A stretch of DNA of 49,580 nucleotides, taken from IMG/VR virus record IMGVR_UViG_3300033144_005510; one strand, given 5' to 3'. The stretch comes from a virus (lineage: Duplodnaviria; Heunggongvirae; Uroviricota; Caudoviricetes). Positions within the stretch are counted from its first letter, which is position 1; each line of letters opens with the position of its first letter. A model generated the notes under the pieces. It made no database searches. It had not been told where the DNA came from and saw only the letters and a program-made list of their open reading frames with translations. Position numbers and translations under genes: made by a program. This document shows positions 25,480 through 36,500 of this stretch, in pieces.

Positions 25480-28431
25480 ATGGTTACTAGGGATGATTTA
25501 ACCGTTGATTATTTGGAAAGTCCGAGAATCATCGAAATTGCCGCACCATCTACTGAAATCACTATGCAGGATTTAGTAGATACTGTCCGCATAGATGAAT
25601 ATAGTTTTTCTACTCCAGGTATGGCCAACCCCAAACTCCTCAATGCTTCTGGTAAGGAAGACTTGGGGGGCGGGGTTTTGGTTGGTATTACTGCTGACCT
25701 TCAAGATGCACAGCTTTCTTTCCAAGCAAGAAGAACTCCCGCTGAGACTGGAACTGTTACTACTGGTAGCGGCGCACAGGCTGGTAGTCCTTTAGGGCCA
25801 ACCTATAATTTTATTGATACCAATGCTGATTTCGTTGCTGCTGGAATTCAAAGAGGTTCTTTAGTAATTAATTTTACTGATCATAGTATTGCTGACGTGG
25901 TTGAAGTAATATCTCCTACAGAATTGCGTACTAGAATATTGGTCAATGGAACTGATAATTTATATGAAGTCGGTGATGAGTATCAAGTATTTAATATAAC
26001 CCAATGTAATGCTACTGGTGGTAACTTAGTTGCACAAGATGATGTTGGTTCTAGAATTACCTCTATATTTCCTTCAGCTTTTGTGCAAGTCGTCCGAACC
26101 GCTTCGTCGTCCGCTACGCTTCAGGAACAATTAGACATTCAGTATGCTAGTTTCAATGACGGTGTTAGTGTTGATTTAACGACTAGTAATAGCGGTACTA
26201 CTTATCCAACTGGAACCCCTAGACAACCAGTTAATAATTTTGCGGATGCCTTGCTTATTGCTGCTGAAAGAGGGTTTAAAAGAATTTATGTAATTGGTAA
26301 TGCTACTCTTGATGGCGGAAATGATTTTACTGATTTTGAGTTTGTCGGAGAATCTGAGACTAAAACGACAATAACTATTGATCCAGCTGCCGTCGTTACT
26401 AATTGTGAATTTCGTAGTGCTACTATCACTGGAACTCTAGATGGTGGTGCTGTTATCACGGATGCTATTGCTCAGGATTTAGATTTTATTGATGGAATTA
26501 TTAAAAAATCTGGTTTGCTTGGAACTCTTACTTTAAGTGGACTTAATCCGACATTACAAATTGTCGATTGTCATGAATCTGATTCTAATGGTCCCATAAT
26601 TGACTTTGATGGAAGTGGAACTGGTTTAATCATGACAAATTATCATGGTAAAGTAACTTTATCAAATAAGAATGGTCTTGAGACTGCATTTTTAGATATG
26701 TCGTCTGGAGAAATTGTTATAGATAATAGTGTAACAACTGGAAATGTAACTCTTCGCGGTGTTGCCAAATGGGCTAATAAATTTACTTATACTGGTGGCG
26801 CTTCAATTGTTGATGAAACAATCTTTACAAGAGTTGATGAAACGCACGGTCAGGTTGTTCGTAGTGTGTTCCTTGATGAAACTGCTTTAACTAATGGAAA
26901 TGGTTATCAAGGCGCTCCATTTAATAATTTCCCAGATGCTGTTCAAGCAGTTAGTGATAGAAATTTAACGCATCTTGAAATTCTAGGTGATGTTGCATTA
27001 GATAGAAATATTGATGGGTATACTATAACTGGTGAAAATCTTCCATATATTGATATGAATAATTTTAGTGTTGGTTCTACAAACTTTATAAAATGTATTT
27101 TAACAGGACAGCAAAATGGAGGCGTTCCATTTCTTGAAACCTGCGGGATGATTGACGTAAGTGGGGCCAATGGACAAGCAAACGTTATTGCTTTAGGTGG
27201 AACTATTGAGGTAGCTAATGGATGTAATATTCTTTTCAATAATGTGACTCCTATTCAGGCCAATTCTGATATTACGGTAGACTTTGGTGGGCATATTGAT
27301 GACAGCTGTGCTGTTGACTTTGAAAATGCTCATGGTGACTTCATCGTTACGAATATGGCTAGTTCTGGCGACCTTTTTGAAATCAACTTTTTGTCTGGTA
27401 AAATAACGATAGATAACAGTTGTGTTTCTGGCACTATTATTCTAAACGGAACTGCGGATTGGTTAAACCCAGATTTCACAGGCGGTGCTACTATCGAGAA
27501 TCGCCTAATTAATCCAGAAGGTATTCAGTTTTCTGAGTTTATTGATGGATCAGTTTACATTGATGAAAATGAGCCAGTCGCTGGTACGTTTTTCCCTCAT
27601 GGTACAGTTCGTCTTCCCTGCAAGAATGATGCTGATGCAAAAACAGTTTATCAAGCAAACAATATTAGAAATGTTACTATTGAAAGCGATGTTACGTTAA
27701 CAGCAGATCATGATGATATTAATTTCTTTGGCAGAAGTCCTAGAACAACTACTCTTACAGTAGGGGGAGCTGTTACTACAAGTAATTGTGAGTTTGAGAA
27801 TTTGCTTCTTACTGGTGTATTAACTGGTAATACATATATTACTCAATGTGCATTGAAAGATGTTGCTGGGCTAATTGGTCACTTTGAACAGTGTGTTATC
27901 CGAGAGGGAACTAATACTTTGGGTGGTGCTGGTATTGCCATGTTTAATAAATGTGTTGCAGTTTCTGCTTCAGGTCCAGGTACAGATATCCCAATTATAG
28001 ATTGTGCAGGAGCTGGTCAATCAGTAGCTTTCCGTGGACTTATTGGTGAAGTTAAAATTCAAAATAAAACAGGTGCAGAGCCTATGTCTCTTGCTTTAAA
28101 TGGCGCAAGGGTAGAGCTAGATGCCACCGTGACAAACGGAAACATTCGTGTGTTTGGAGTAGGTGAGCTTATAGATAATTCTGGTGGTACGGCTGTAGTA
28201 GATAGAGATGAGCTTGTTAGTCCTCAATATGTTATGGAAGACGTTTGGGAAGCTACCGCAGCATCGTTTGATACTGCTAATTCCATGGGCCAAGTTATGA
28301 ATGATTTGTGGGCTATGTCGGCTGGTAAAATAGTTGAAAGCCCAGCTGGTACATTTACTTTCTATGATAGAGATAATACTACTGTTAGATATATTTTGAC
28401 TAAGGCTGGCAATGAAAGGAATAGAACCTAA
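25480..28431 (+). CDS. fibre/spike-like virion protein with three tandem beta-helix units (983 aa)
   Basis: Three units opened by GTPRQPVNNFADA, GYQGAPFNNFPDA and GTVRLPCKNDADA; C-terminal TFTFYDRDNTTVRY. Confidence 0.65.
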   Translation: MVTRDDLTVDYLESPRIIEIAAPSTEITMQDLVDTVRIDEYSFSTPGMANPKLLNASGKEDLGGGVLVGITADLQDAQLSFQARRTPAETGTVTTGSGAQAGSPLGPTYNFIDTNADFVAAGIQRGSLVINFTDHSIADVVEVISPTELRTRILVNGTDNLYEVGDEYQVFNITQCNATGGNLVAQDDVGSRITSIFPSAFVQVVRTASSSATLQEQLDIQYASFNDGVSVDLTTSNSGTTYPTGTPRQPVNNFADALLIAAERGFKRIYVIGNATLDGGNDFTDFEFVGESETKTTITIDPAAVVTNCEFRSATITGTLDGGAVITDAIAQDLDFIDGIIKKSGLLGTLTLSGLNPTLQIVDCHESDSNGPIIDFDGSGTGLIMTNYHGKVTLSNKNGLETAFLDMSSGEIVIDNSVTTGNVTLRGVAKWANKFTYTGGASIVDETIFTRVDETHGQVVRSVFLDETALTNGNGYQGAPFNNFPDAVQAVSDRNLTHLEILGDVALDRNIDGYTITGENLPYIDMNNFSVGSTNFIKCILTGQQNGGVPFLETCGMIDVSGANGQANVIALGGTIEVANGCNILFNNVTPIQANSDITVDFGGHIDDSCAVDFENAHGDFIVTNMASSGDLFEINFLSGKITIDNSCVSGTIILNGTADWLNPDFTGGATIENRLINPEGIQFSEFIDGSVYIDENEPVAGTFFPHGTVRLPCKNDADAKTVYQANNIRNVTIESDVTLTADHDDINFFGRSPRTTTLTVGGAVTTSNCEFENLLLTGVLTGNTYITQCALKDVAGLIGHFEQCVIREGTNTLGGAGIAMFNKCVAVSASGPGTDIPIIDCAGAGQSVAFRGLIGEVKIQNKTGAEPMSLALNGARVELDATVTNGNIRVFGVGELIDNSGGTAVVDRDELVSPQYVMEDVWEATAASFDTANSMGQVMNDLWAMSAGKIVESPAGTFTFYDRDNTTVRYILTKAGNERNRT

Positions 28432-28619
28432 TGTCGGCTGATTTAACATTAATCTCTACCCATGGTTGGTATACTGGTACTGCAATAGACGAGGAGCTTA
28501 CTCCTATTTCAACCTACGGTTGGTTTTTTGATTCGGGTGTTGTAGTTCCTGGTGATCCTGATTTAGTATTTTTCGCATTAGTTATTCAACGACTCATCGA
28601 CATAGATTTAACGAGGTAA
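28431..28619 (+). CDS. 62-aa virion-associated micro-protein
   Basis: Stop-start overlap with the upstream gene; tandem ISTHGWY/ISTYGWF; C-terminal GDPDLVFFALVIQRLIDIDLTR. Confidence 0.65.
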   Translation: MSADLTLISTHGWYTGTAIDEELTPISTYGWFFDSGVVVPGDPDLVFFALVIQRLIDIDLTR

Positions 28620-28624
28620 TATAA

Positions 28625-29380
28625 ATGGCAGACAATGTACCGATTACACCTGGAGCTGGGGTTAATATAGCAGCCGATGAGATACTAGGCGTAAAATACC
28701 CTAGATCTAAAATGGTTATTGGTGCTGATGGCTCTAATGACGGGGATGTTTCCGACTCTAATCCAGTTCCCATGAAGATTCGTGGTGATGAGTTCTTTTC
28801 TGGTGCCACAAAATATGACGCTAAAGTAACTGAAGATGGCGAACTGGCTACTACTAGTACCGAACGTGAGCGAAATGTTTATGCTGTTGTTCATGATGAT
28901 GCAGTTGGTACTGGAAATACTGATTGGATCTTAATTGACCTGGATGATACGGTTAATTTCCCTCATGATGCCAGTGGGCGAATTGACATTTCTACTATAA
29001 ATGTTCACCTAGCTCAAGCCTCTGGAAACCCTGAAGGCGAATTTGAGATTGGTGTTATTACCAGGATAGACGGTGTTGACTCCGATATTTGTTGGGCATT
29101 TGCTGTAGATTTCAATTTGCCAGTTAATACTGATGTTAGAGAAGATTTTAATTTTGCACCTTCTCAATTAAAGTTTGAGGTTTCAGGTGGCGATACAACC
29201 AGAATAATTAGTGATTACAAGATTTTAAACGATAGCAGTATTAATACGGGCGTTTCTATGAATAGTCCAAGAGGTGCGGGGACGGTAACGCCAGCTGTTG
29301 GAGATATTGTTCTTAGAGTTACTAATGGTTCTGGTCAATTAAAAATGTTTTGTGGTGTTATGTATCACGGGGAACCTTAA
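28625..29380 (+). CDS. virion structural protein (251 aa)
   Basis: GAGGT SD; N-terminal MADNVPITPGAG...DVSDSNPVPM pattern recalled from phage structural proteins. Confidence 0.65.
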   Translation: MADNVPITPGAGVNIAADEILGVKYPRSKMVIGADGSNDGDVSDSNPVPMKIRGDEFFSGATKYDAKVTEDGELATTSTERERNVYAVVHDDAVGTGNTDWILIDLDDTVNFPHDASGRIDISTINVHLAQASGNPEGEFEIGVITRIDGVDSDICWAFAVDFNLPVNTDVREDFNFAPSQLKFEVSGGDTTRIISDYKILNDSSINTGVSMNSPRGAGTVTPAVGDIVLRVTNGSGQLKMFCGVMYHGEP

Positions 29381-29382
29381 TT

Positions 29383-29392
29383 GGTGTATTAT
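29383..29392 (+). promoter_or_regulatory. late promoter variant GGTGTATTAT
   Basis: Intergenic near-consensus copy upstream of 29425. Confidence 0.5.
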
Positions 29393-29424
29393 AAAGAATA
29401 CACCTATATTATTAGGGAATAATT

Positions 29425-29643
29425 ATGATAGACGGTTCATTGTTATTGTGGGCATATCACGAGGGGGCTAGTGCAGATCTGGGAGATCCAGATATTGTAA
29501 GTATTAGTTTTACAGTTTCCCAGCTGCTAGACGACCCAAGAACAGTTTATAGAACAAATGAGCAAGATTTTGAAATTGTGCAGTTATTGTCAGAAAACCG
29601 TATAATAGAACAAACAGTAGAATTCCCAAACGTGGAGCGTTAA
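29425..29643 (+). CDS. 72-aa micro-protein
   Basis: AGGGA SD; shares GDPD(L/I)V with 28431-28619. Confidence 0.6.
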   Translation: MIDGSLLLWAYHEGASADLGDPDIVSISFTVSQLLDDPRTVYRTNEQDFEIVQLLSENRIIEQTVEFPNVER

Positions 29644-29647
29644 TCAA

Positions 29648-30010
29648 ATGGCAACTAATTCTTGTTCTGCTTCGACTTCTTGTCCAGAAGAAGTCCATTT
29701 AGGTGATATCGGTACGATATTTCGTGCTACAATCAATGATTGCACCGAAACAAATGGGGTTGCCACACAAACCGCTATTGATATTTCTTCTGCTACAACC
29801 TTGGAACTGATTTTTAAATCTCCAAAAGGGGTTGTTAAGACTTTTACAGCTGGCTTTACTACAGATGGTAGTGATGGTCAGATCCAATATACAACGATAT
29901 TAGGTGATTTAGACGAAGTGGGAAACTGGAAAATTCAGGCATATATTGTGCTTCCTACTGGATCTTGGCGATCTGATATTGGTCAATTCCGAGTACACGA
30001 GAACCTCTAA
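29648..30010 (+). CDS. BppU N-terminal-like Ig domain protein
   Basis: HLGDIGTIFRATI...LIFKSPKG...DGQIQYTT...DLDEVGNWKIQAYI pattern. Confidence 0.6.
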   Translation: MATNSCSASTSCPEEVHLGDIGTIFRATINDCTETNGVATQTAIDISSATTLELIFKSPKGVVKTFTAGFTTDGSDGQIQYTTILGDLDEVGNWKIQAYIVLPTGSWRSDIGQFRVHENL

Positions 30011-30021
30011 GGAGTTAAAAA

Positions 30022-30552
30022 ATGGCCTGGGATACTACAATGATCACTATGCTCCGAGTGCTTATTCAAGACTTCGATGGGGTAGATTTCTCGGACGACA
30101 GATTAAAGCAGATTTTAGCTGTGTCAGCACAGTATGTTGACAATGATATAATTCTGGACCAGGATTACACAATTGATGTAATTACTCCTGATATTTCTCC
30201 AGATCCAACTACATCTAGTCCAGTTGATGATATTTTTGTTAATTTTGTTGTACTAAGAGCTGCCTGCATGATTGATCAAGGTTCTCTTCGTTGTGCCGCT
30301 TTTGCTTCTGGTCTTGAGGCAAGATGTGGGCCTACCGTTATGAAAACTGTCAGAAGAATGGAAGGTTTTGGCACCCTGATTGACAAAGGTTATTGTAGAA
30401 CATACGAAGAATTGAAACATCAATATGACTTTGGTAATTCTGCTTTCTGCAAAGGTATCCTTAGTCCCTTTATTAATGAAACTTTTGTACCTAGTAATTA
30501 TGGTACAGAAGGCCACTTCAATGTATCCAATGCTCTTAGGACTCTAAGATAA
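30022..30552 (+). CDS. head-tail adaptor/connector protein
   Basis: AGGAG SD; helical MLRVLIQD...SDDRLKQIL N-terminus; position after the head genes (inference). Confidence 0.55.
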   Translation: MAWDTTMITMLRVLIQDFDGVDFSDDRLKQILAVSAQYVDNDIILDQDYTIDVITPDISPDPTTSSPVDDIFVNFVVLRAACMIDQGSLRCAAFASGLEARCGPTVMKTVRRMEGFGTLIDKGYCRTYEELKHQYDFGNSAFCKGILSPFINETFVPSNYGTEGHFNVSNALRTLR

Positions 30553-30553
30553 T

Positions 30554-33500
30554 ATGGCTAATACAGTAAAAAATAATCAGGGCGGTGACTCTGGTAATTC
30601 TAATAATGGTAGAATTATTATTAAGACTGGTAGAATAAATACTCAGTCTTTAGATTCCATTGGATATAGTACTTTTCCAATAGAGGATTTTGACAACAAC
30701 GGATTGGGTGAAGGTCCAAATCTAGATATTCGTTTTGATGAAATTCGTTATTGGACTGGTGATTTAGCGGCTGATGGTTCTGGTAATCTACCCCCAATAT
30801 CCAGTAATAATTTCTATACATTAAATCAGGGCGATTCTTTAGTCGTTGCTAGTGGCGACGGTGTTCTCAGTAATGATACCGATCCTAACGGCGATCCTCT
30901 GACCGCATCCGTTACCGTTTATCCAACTTATGCTACAGCGGGTTATCGTGATGCTAGTCCTAGTGAACTGTTTGTATTTACTGCTCCTTCTAATTTAAGT
31001 GTCACTAATGTTGATCTTACAGTTGATGGTTTTGCTTCTGGTCAGGCGTTAACTATCGCTGGAACAACTTTGAATGACGGTGTTTATACCATTAATACTG
31101 TTACTGCTGGTGTTATTACTGTAGATGAAACCTTTACTAATGAAGGCCCGTTGCTTGCTGGTTCGGCATCTGGCACAGGATTTATATTTAATTCTGATGG
31201 TTCTTTCACGTATTTCCATGATGATTCTGCTGTTAATTCTGATTCATTTACTTATGCAGCAACCGACCCATCAGGTCTATCTGATACTGCTACAGCCAGC
31301 TTTACAATTGATCTAAAACCAACAGCTAATAATAATTCTTATGATCCTCCCACTTACGTAATTCAACAGGGAGAAGCCAATTATCTTGTTAACGCTGCTA
31401 ATGGCGTGCTTGTTAATGATAGTGATCCAGAAGGCGACGTTTTCCCAGATTTGACTGCTGCTGTAGTTGCTACTACTAGTAATGGTACGTTAATATTAAA
31501 CGCAGATGGTAGTTTCGATTATACTCATAATGATACTGTTACAAGTGGGGATACATTTACTTATAATGTAACTGATAGTGCTGGAAATGTTAGTAATACA
31601 GCTAGTGTTAATCTTTACATTAATCCAAGACCAACCGCTAATGATATCTCCGCTCCAGTAGTTTGTCAGCAGAGTGGTGTTATTAATGTTATTGCTGCCA
31701 GCGGCGCTTTATCAAACGACACAGACCCAGAAGGTCAAGCGTTGACCGCTTCTTTGGTCAGTGGTCCTAGCAACGCATCGGCGTTTACTTTAAATGCTGA
31801 TGGTTCTTATGATTATACTCACGACGGAACTGCTACCAGCGGTGATTCATTTACTTATAATGCTGTTGATATTTATGGCGGTGTATCCTCTGCTTCTGGT
31901 ACTGTAAGTATTACGATTAATCTTACTCCTGATGCTAATAATATTACTGCTCCTGTGGTTGTTCAGCAAAGTGGTACGATTAATATTCCTGCTGTTAGTG
32001 GCGTCTTGTCAAATGACACTGATCCAGAAGGCGGCGGTTTAACTGCTTCTTTAGTTAGTGGTCCAGATAATTCTTCATCTTTCACGTTGAATACGGATGG
32101 TTCGTATAACTATACACACGACGGAACTGCTACAAGTGGAGATGCTTTTGTTTATACCGCTACTGATAATAATGGGGCTAGTGATAACGCAACCTGTAGT
32201 ATTACTATTAATCTTACTCCTAATGCTAATAACATTACGGCTCCAGAGCTTGTCCAACAGAGTGGTACGATCAATATTGGTGCTGTTAGTGGTGTATTAT
32301 CAAACGATACTGATCCAGAAAATGGAACGTTGACTTCGACTATTCTTTCAAGTCCAAGTAATGCTTCGTCATTTACCTTAAACTCTGATGGTTCCTATGA
32401 TTATACTCATGATGGCACTGCGACCAGTGGAGATTCTTTCACATATACTTTAAGTGATGGGGCTGGAGGAACTGATACAGCAAGATGTGATATTACTATT
32501 AATTTGTGGCCTAATGCCAATAATGATACTTCGCCAATTACCTGCCCAAATAGCGGCACTATTAATATACCAGCTGTTAGCGGTGTATTGGCAAATGATA
32601 CTGATCCAGAAGGCCAAACTTTAACAGCTACTGTGCTTGCTAGTCCTAGTAACGCCTCAGCGTTTACTTTAAATTCAGACGGTTCATATGATTATACTCA
32701 TGATGGAAGTGCTACCAGTGGCGACTTCTTTACTTATACTGCAAGTGATGGACAGGGCGGAAGTGATACGGCAAGATGTGATATTACTATAGAAGTTGCT
32801 GGTACTCCTATTGCTAATGACGATGCAGCGTCTGTGGACAATGATACTATAACTAGTGGCGTTGTGCTTATCGACGTACTCGCTAACGATACTGATCCTA
32901 ATTCATTGCCGCTCACTATTAATGCTTTTACGCAGCCTTCTAGCGGAATTGTTACTCAGGTTGGTGAAGAGTTACAATATACGGCTAATGCTGGATTCCA
33001 TGGGTCTGATACATTTTACTATGACTGCACAAACGGCTCACTGGTTTCAAATTCAGGACAAGTTGATGTTACTGTAAATCTTGTTTCAAGAACAGTACTG
33101 ATTGGTAGCACTGGCGATTATGCTAACTGGACAGCTTTCTGTCAATCAAACAGTGGTGAGTACGCATTCTCCGATCCTTCGGAAGCTGGGGCTTTGCCTT
33201 TAACAGCGATTTTCATAGAGGGTGAAGTTCATACGGCTGCTAGATATACTCATGATTACTTCCAGGGAACCTGGGATGAAATTGCTACAGAACTTACGGT
33301 TACTAGCCAAGGGTTTACTGGCAAGCCTTATGGTACTCCAGGCGGTAATGGCACTATTTTGGAGCATAATTATTCTGACAATGGTTTTGGCCATGGTAAT
33401 AATGCAAATCTTTTTGGAAAAATAACTTGGACAGAAATAGAAATAGATGCTCCGAATTCTAATGGTGCGAATCGCGGCTTGTTTACATTCAGATATTGTC

Positions 33501-36500
33501 CGAATTTAGATTTTACTGTAGATCGTTGTTTATTACACGGTTATACCAATAATAATAGCTTAGGTGGTTTATTCCATTGTAGAGATGACCATGGTGAAAT
33601 TAAGATTACTAACAATCTTATTTACGGTCTCCAAGGAACAGGCTCAAGTGTTGGTATGTTTTTAAGCGTTACTCCAGCGGAAGAAGCAGATAACTCTATT
33701 AGAGTATATAATAACACGGTTTTGGACTGCGAGGTAAATAATCTCACAAGTTCTTTGATTAAGGTTTTAAATACTGATAAAGTTGACCTCAAGAATAATG
33801 TTCTTACTTGTTCGGGAACTCGCCCAGCAACCTTGGCTAGAAATTCTGTGGAAGGTGATGCAAATAGAGAGTTTACCTTTAATGATGTAGACCCAGATAC
33901 TATTACTGCTGGAGGTGCTAGTCCTGGTAGCTTTATAACCGATGGATTTGAGTCTGGAATGAACGTTATCGTTAACGGAACAACAAGTAATAACGGTACT
34001 TATAAAATTACCGCTGTAGCAGCAACGACTCTTACTTTAGATGCTGCTGAAACTTTGACATCGGAAGGTCCAGTTGGTAGCGGGTGTATTTTATCGGCAG
34101 GAACTTTTGTAAATTCAAATAGTGAAGGTAATGTCCTTGACGACAACAGTGGTAGTGACAATGACATCTTTAATATTGCTATTTACGAGTCAGGCGAAAC
34201 TAGTGATGTTTACGTCAATCCTTCTTTAACTAATTTGGATCTGACTCATAAGTCTACAAGCCCTGCAATTAATGTTGCCACGACCCTAACTCTTGCTAGT
34301 GGAATAGATATTAATTATATCACTCAGCCTGCTCTTGACTTTGTTGATCGTGTTAGTGGCGCAGCCAATTGGAATGCTGGCGCTAGTACGGATGTGGCTT
34401 CTGGTGCGCCTTTGTCGATGCCAGCTTGGGAAGATACCTGGGTAAGATACGATGAAATTCTAACCGAACCAAGCGGCACTCTTCTAATGTCTCGTAAAGA
34501 GTTTAGAGATGGCTTTGGTGCTGTTATACATGATAATACTGATACTATCAATATGACAGCTTCTAGAGTTGATGACAACGGTGTTTTAAGAATTATCGGT
34601 GGTTCTGCTTCTGGAAATTATGATATAGACGCTCAAGATGAGATGATGACATTCTTGAGATCTTTGAAACATCAAACTCATATAAAAGCTGTTGACTCGT
34701 CTGCAACTGAATATGTATCGCCAAGTGGAAATATTTTTGGTATTATTTCTGATCAGATTAATACCAATAGTCCTTCGCCTAAACATAGCAGTACTTTTGC
34801 GGCTGTAAGCGAAATGATTTGTTATCCCACTACAGACTCTTTGTTTATAGAACAAGGTATTGAAGGAGATAGCAAGCTTGTTGCAAGAGGTAATCTTCAA
34901 TATCGTCGTAGATTAGATCCTCCGTCTGGCGAATGGAGAACAACCTTGGGTATGCATAGGGTTCACCCAACCTATGGAATAGGCGACACAGACGGTACTA
35001 AATACTGGAATACACTAAATGGAATGATAAGCAACTTGGCTCCAGATACAGAATATGAGGTAAAAATTGATGTTTCTGTTCAGTCAAGTCCTATCTCTGG
35101 TGAGGCCACCGCTGATGGCGTTGCTATTACGTTTGTTGATGATGTAACCGATTACTTTATGTGTACGGCAGACCTTGAAAATCCAGCCGATCAAAATAAC
35201 ACTGACACTATCAATGTATCCAGATTATCAAGTATTGATCAAGAAGCATTTAGACCATTTGTTAGTGGCATGATTGTAACTGTTAGTAACTCTAGTAGTA
35301 ATGACGGTAATTATGAAATAGATAGTGTTACTTATGAAACTCCTACTGCTATCGTTGCTTCTGCTGGAAGAACGCTTACATTTACTGCTGCTGGTAATAC
35401 TATTACTGGTAGTACTGGTGATTTTGTAGCGGATGGCGTTAAACCAGGAATGTCGCTAACTGTTACTGGTACTTCAAATAACAACGAAACTTACGCAGTA
35501 TCTAGTGTTACTTCTAGTGTTATTGATTGTGCGGGTTCGCCTGTAATGACCGATGAAGGTCCATTAAGCTCGTCTGCAACTTTGACACCATTTGGTACTT
35601 CCATGACGGTATCTTCTGGCACTTTGACTAGCGAAGGTCCAAGTTTTAGTGCTCAGATACAGGGTACGCTTACTCCCTCTGGAACTGCTAGTTATGAGAT
35701 GACCGCAAAGACAAAAGCACTTCCTCGCGAAGGTATTGGTGTTATAATTGCCGAAGGAATTGACACTTCAAGAGAATTTACATTTACTGACTCTTTAGGC
35801 GCTCCAGATACTATCACATGTCCAAGTGGAAGCTTTATTACAGACGGTTTTGCTTCAGGTAATTTATTAACTGTTCTTGGTACTGCAAATAATAATGGTC
35901 AATATACTATCAATGCTGTTACTGCTGGAACTCTTACTTTAGATTCTGGAGATAGTTTAGTTAATGAAGGGCCAATTGGCAGTGGTGTTGTTTTAGGTGC
36001 CAAGAATGTTTGGAATGTTTATAATCGAGCTGAACTTGATACTGTACTTGCAGACAGTGTGAACGTTGCTTCTGGTGACATTATTATCATGCATGAGGAT
36101 GATAGAGTTGCCACACAAGTACAAGCTTCTGCCAGTAGAATTTTGAATTTTAAGCAGGCCACTAAAGTTCAGGCCAGCGCTACTAACACTCTTACCTTCA
36201 CTGCTGGAACAAATGAAGTAACAAGAAGTGACGGCGGCTCGTTTATTGATGACGGGTATGCATCTGGTATGCAGCTTCGTGTTTGTGGTCAAAACGGATT
36301 TTTTGCTACTCCTAATAGAAGAATTACTCTTGTTGAAGGTGGCGGTTCTAACGATACAATCCGTATTTCTGCTGGAGACGTGCTGGCAGACGGATGGGAA
36401 GTTGGAATGGGAATAACTCTTGATGGAATGGGTAATGACAAGGTTGTAACGATAGATTCTGTAGCAAGCTCAGGGGCAAATCAAGCCAGCGGTATTACTG

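Noticed and set aside
32291-32300. GGTGTATTAT inside the giant gene as a promoter
   Set aside because: It encodes the GVL of the repeated SGVLSND motif and is a non-consensus variant inside a CDS.
30791-33079. Near-identical DNA stretches (e.g. GATTATACTCA(C/T)GA(C/T)GG) as a CRISPR array or DGR template/variable repeat
   Set aside because: They are in-frame coding repeats with ~290-nt period and synonymous variation; no unique spacers, no adenine-specific divergence and no reverse transcriptase in the window.
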